Shown: positions 63,505-64,000 of the stretch, one piece after another
How the letters are laid out: every line of letters begins with the position of its first letter
Position numbering within the stretch: position 1 is the first letter of the stretch
Assembly (NCBI RefSeq): GCF_036566765.1
Contig: NZ_DATCVQ010000709.1
Span: 7,200 to 71,199, forward strand
DNA length: 64,000 nt
Source: Streptomyces sp.
Lineage (GTDB): Bacteria; Actinomycetota; Actinomycetes; Streptomycetales; Streptomycetaceae
Direction: 5' to 3'
The notes under the pieces: generated by a model
Databases searched by the model: none
What the model was told of the DNA's origin: nothing
Seen by the model: only the letters and a program-made list of their open reading frames with translations
Translations under genes and position numbers: made by a program

Positions 63505-63554
63505 GCCTCGTCCGTCTGAGAAGCCGCCCCCAGCGACCCGCCCCCCCCCGGCCG

Positions 63555-64000
63555 TCACACCGCGCCCGCCCCCGTGAGCGCCCTGACCTCGGTCTCCGCG
63601 TGCTTCGCCGCGTCCGGGGCCTCGGTCGAGGTGACGGTGCCGATCCACCCGGCCAGGAAGCCCAGTGGGATGGAGACGACTCCGGGGTTCTGCAACGGGA
63701 AGACGTGGAAGTCCACGCCGGGGAACAGCGCCTCGGGGCTGCCGGAGACGACCGGCGAGAGCACCACGAGCAGGACGGCCGGGATCAGTCCGCCGTACAC
63801 CGACCAGACCGCGCCGCGCGTGGTGAAGTTCCGCCAGAACAGCGAGTACAGCAGCACCGGCAGGTTTGAGGACGCGGCCACCGCAAAGGCGAGGCCGACC
63901 AGGAACGCCACGTTCAGGTCGCGGGCGAGCAGGCCGAGGCCGATCGCGGCCACACCGATCCCGACGGCGGCGGCCCGGGCGACCGCGACCTCGCTGTACG
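63555..64000 (-). CDS. actP: Sodium:solute (ActP-like cation/acetate) symporter, 5' part beyond window
   Basis: NVAFLVGLAFAVAASSNLPVLLYSLFW, FPLQNPG..SIP. Confidence 0.85.
   Translation of the reverse strand, partial: YSEVAVARAAAVGIGVAAIGLGLLARDLNVAFLVGLAFAVAASSNLPVLLYSLFWRNFTTRGAVWSVYGGLIPAVLLVVLSPVVSGSPEALFPGVDFHVFPLQNPGVVSIPLGFLAGWIGTVTSTEAPDAAKHAETEVRALTGAGAV

Noticed and set aside
40282-63648. Long overlapping ORFs such as 40282-43302, 41382-43451, 48727-51705, 57170-59368 and 59899-62601
   Set aside because: They are antisense or off-frame shadows of well-supported genes, Arg/Pro/Ala-rich with no motifs; the same applies to 6806-8896 and 7206-9635.

Overview
High-GC Streptomyces core-chromosome window, mostly conserved housekeeping and regulatory genes: pdtaS-wblE, prsH-sigH, a family 2B encapsulin with polyprenyl transferase, sodN-sodX, dut, cutRS, hemH, sepH, tdk, patA, ptsH, a c-di-AMP riboswitch-M23 peptidase, an M16 pair, parC and a CitAB-like two-component system. 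Two structural anomalies stand out. (1) A ~5.5 kb decayed tyrosine-integrase element sits in the last codons of sodN, bounded by a 15-bp direct repeat (16616-16630 and 22142-22156). It carries an intact, TTA-rich XRE-HTH/P-loop NTPase/Sel1-repeat gene, DUF5753 and ASCH genes, and 5'-deleted class I LysRS-like and integrase fragments joined back to back. (2) An orphan ABC ATPase (24567-25367) is a LolD-type/amino-acid-type chimera fused at the signature motif, at the point where gene order appears to jump between two normally distant regions: a large inversion breakpoint or an assembly misjoin. Also present are a YfhO/GT2/sialyltransferase-like glycosylation trio, REP-like palindromes (one inside a CDS) and several stop-codon-containing tandem duplications. 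Family assignments come from motif recognition and recall, not database searches; S. coelicolor (SCO) locus numbers are from memory.
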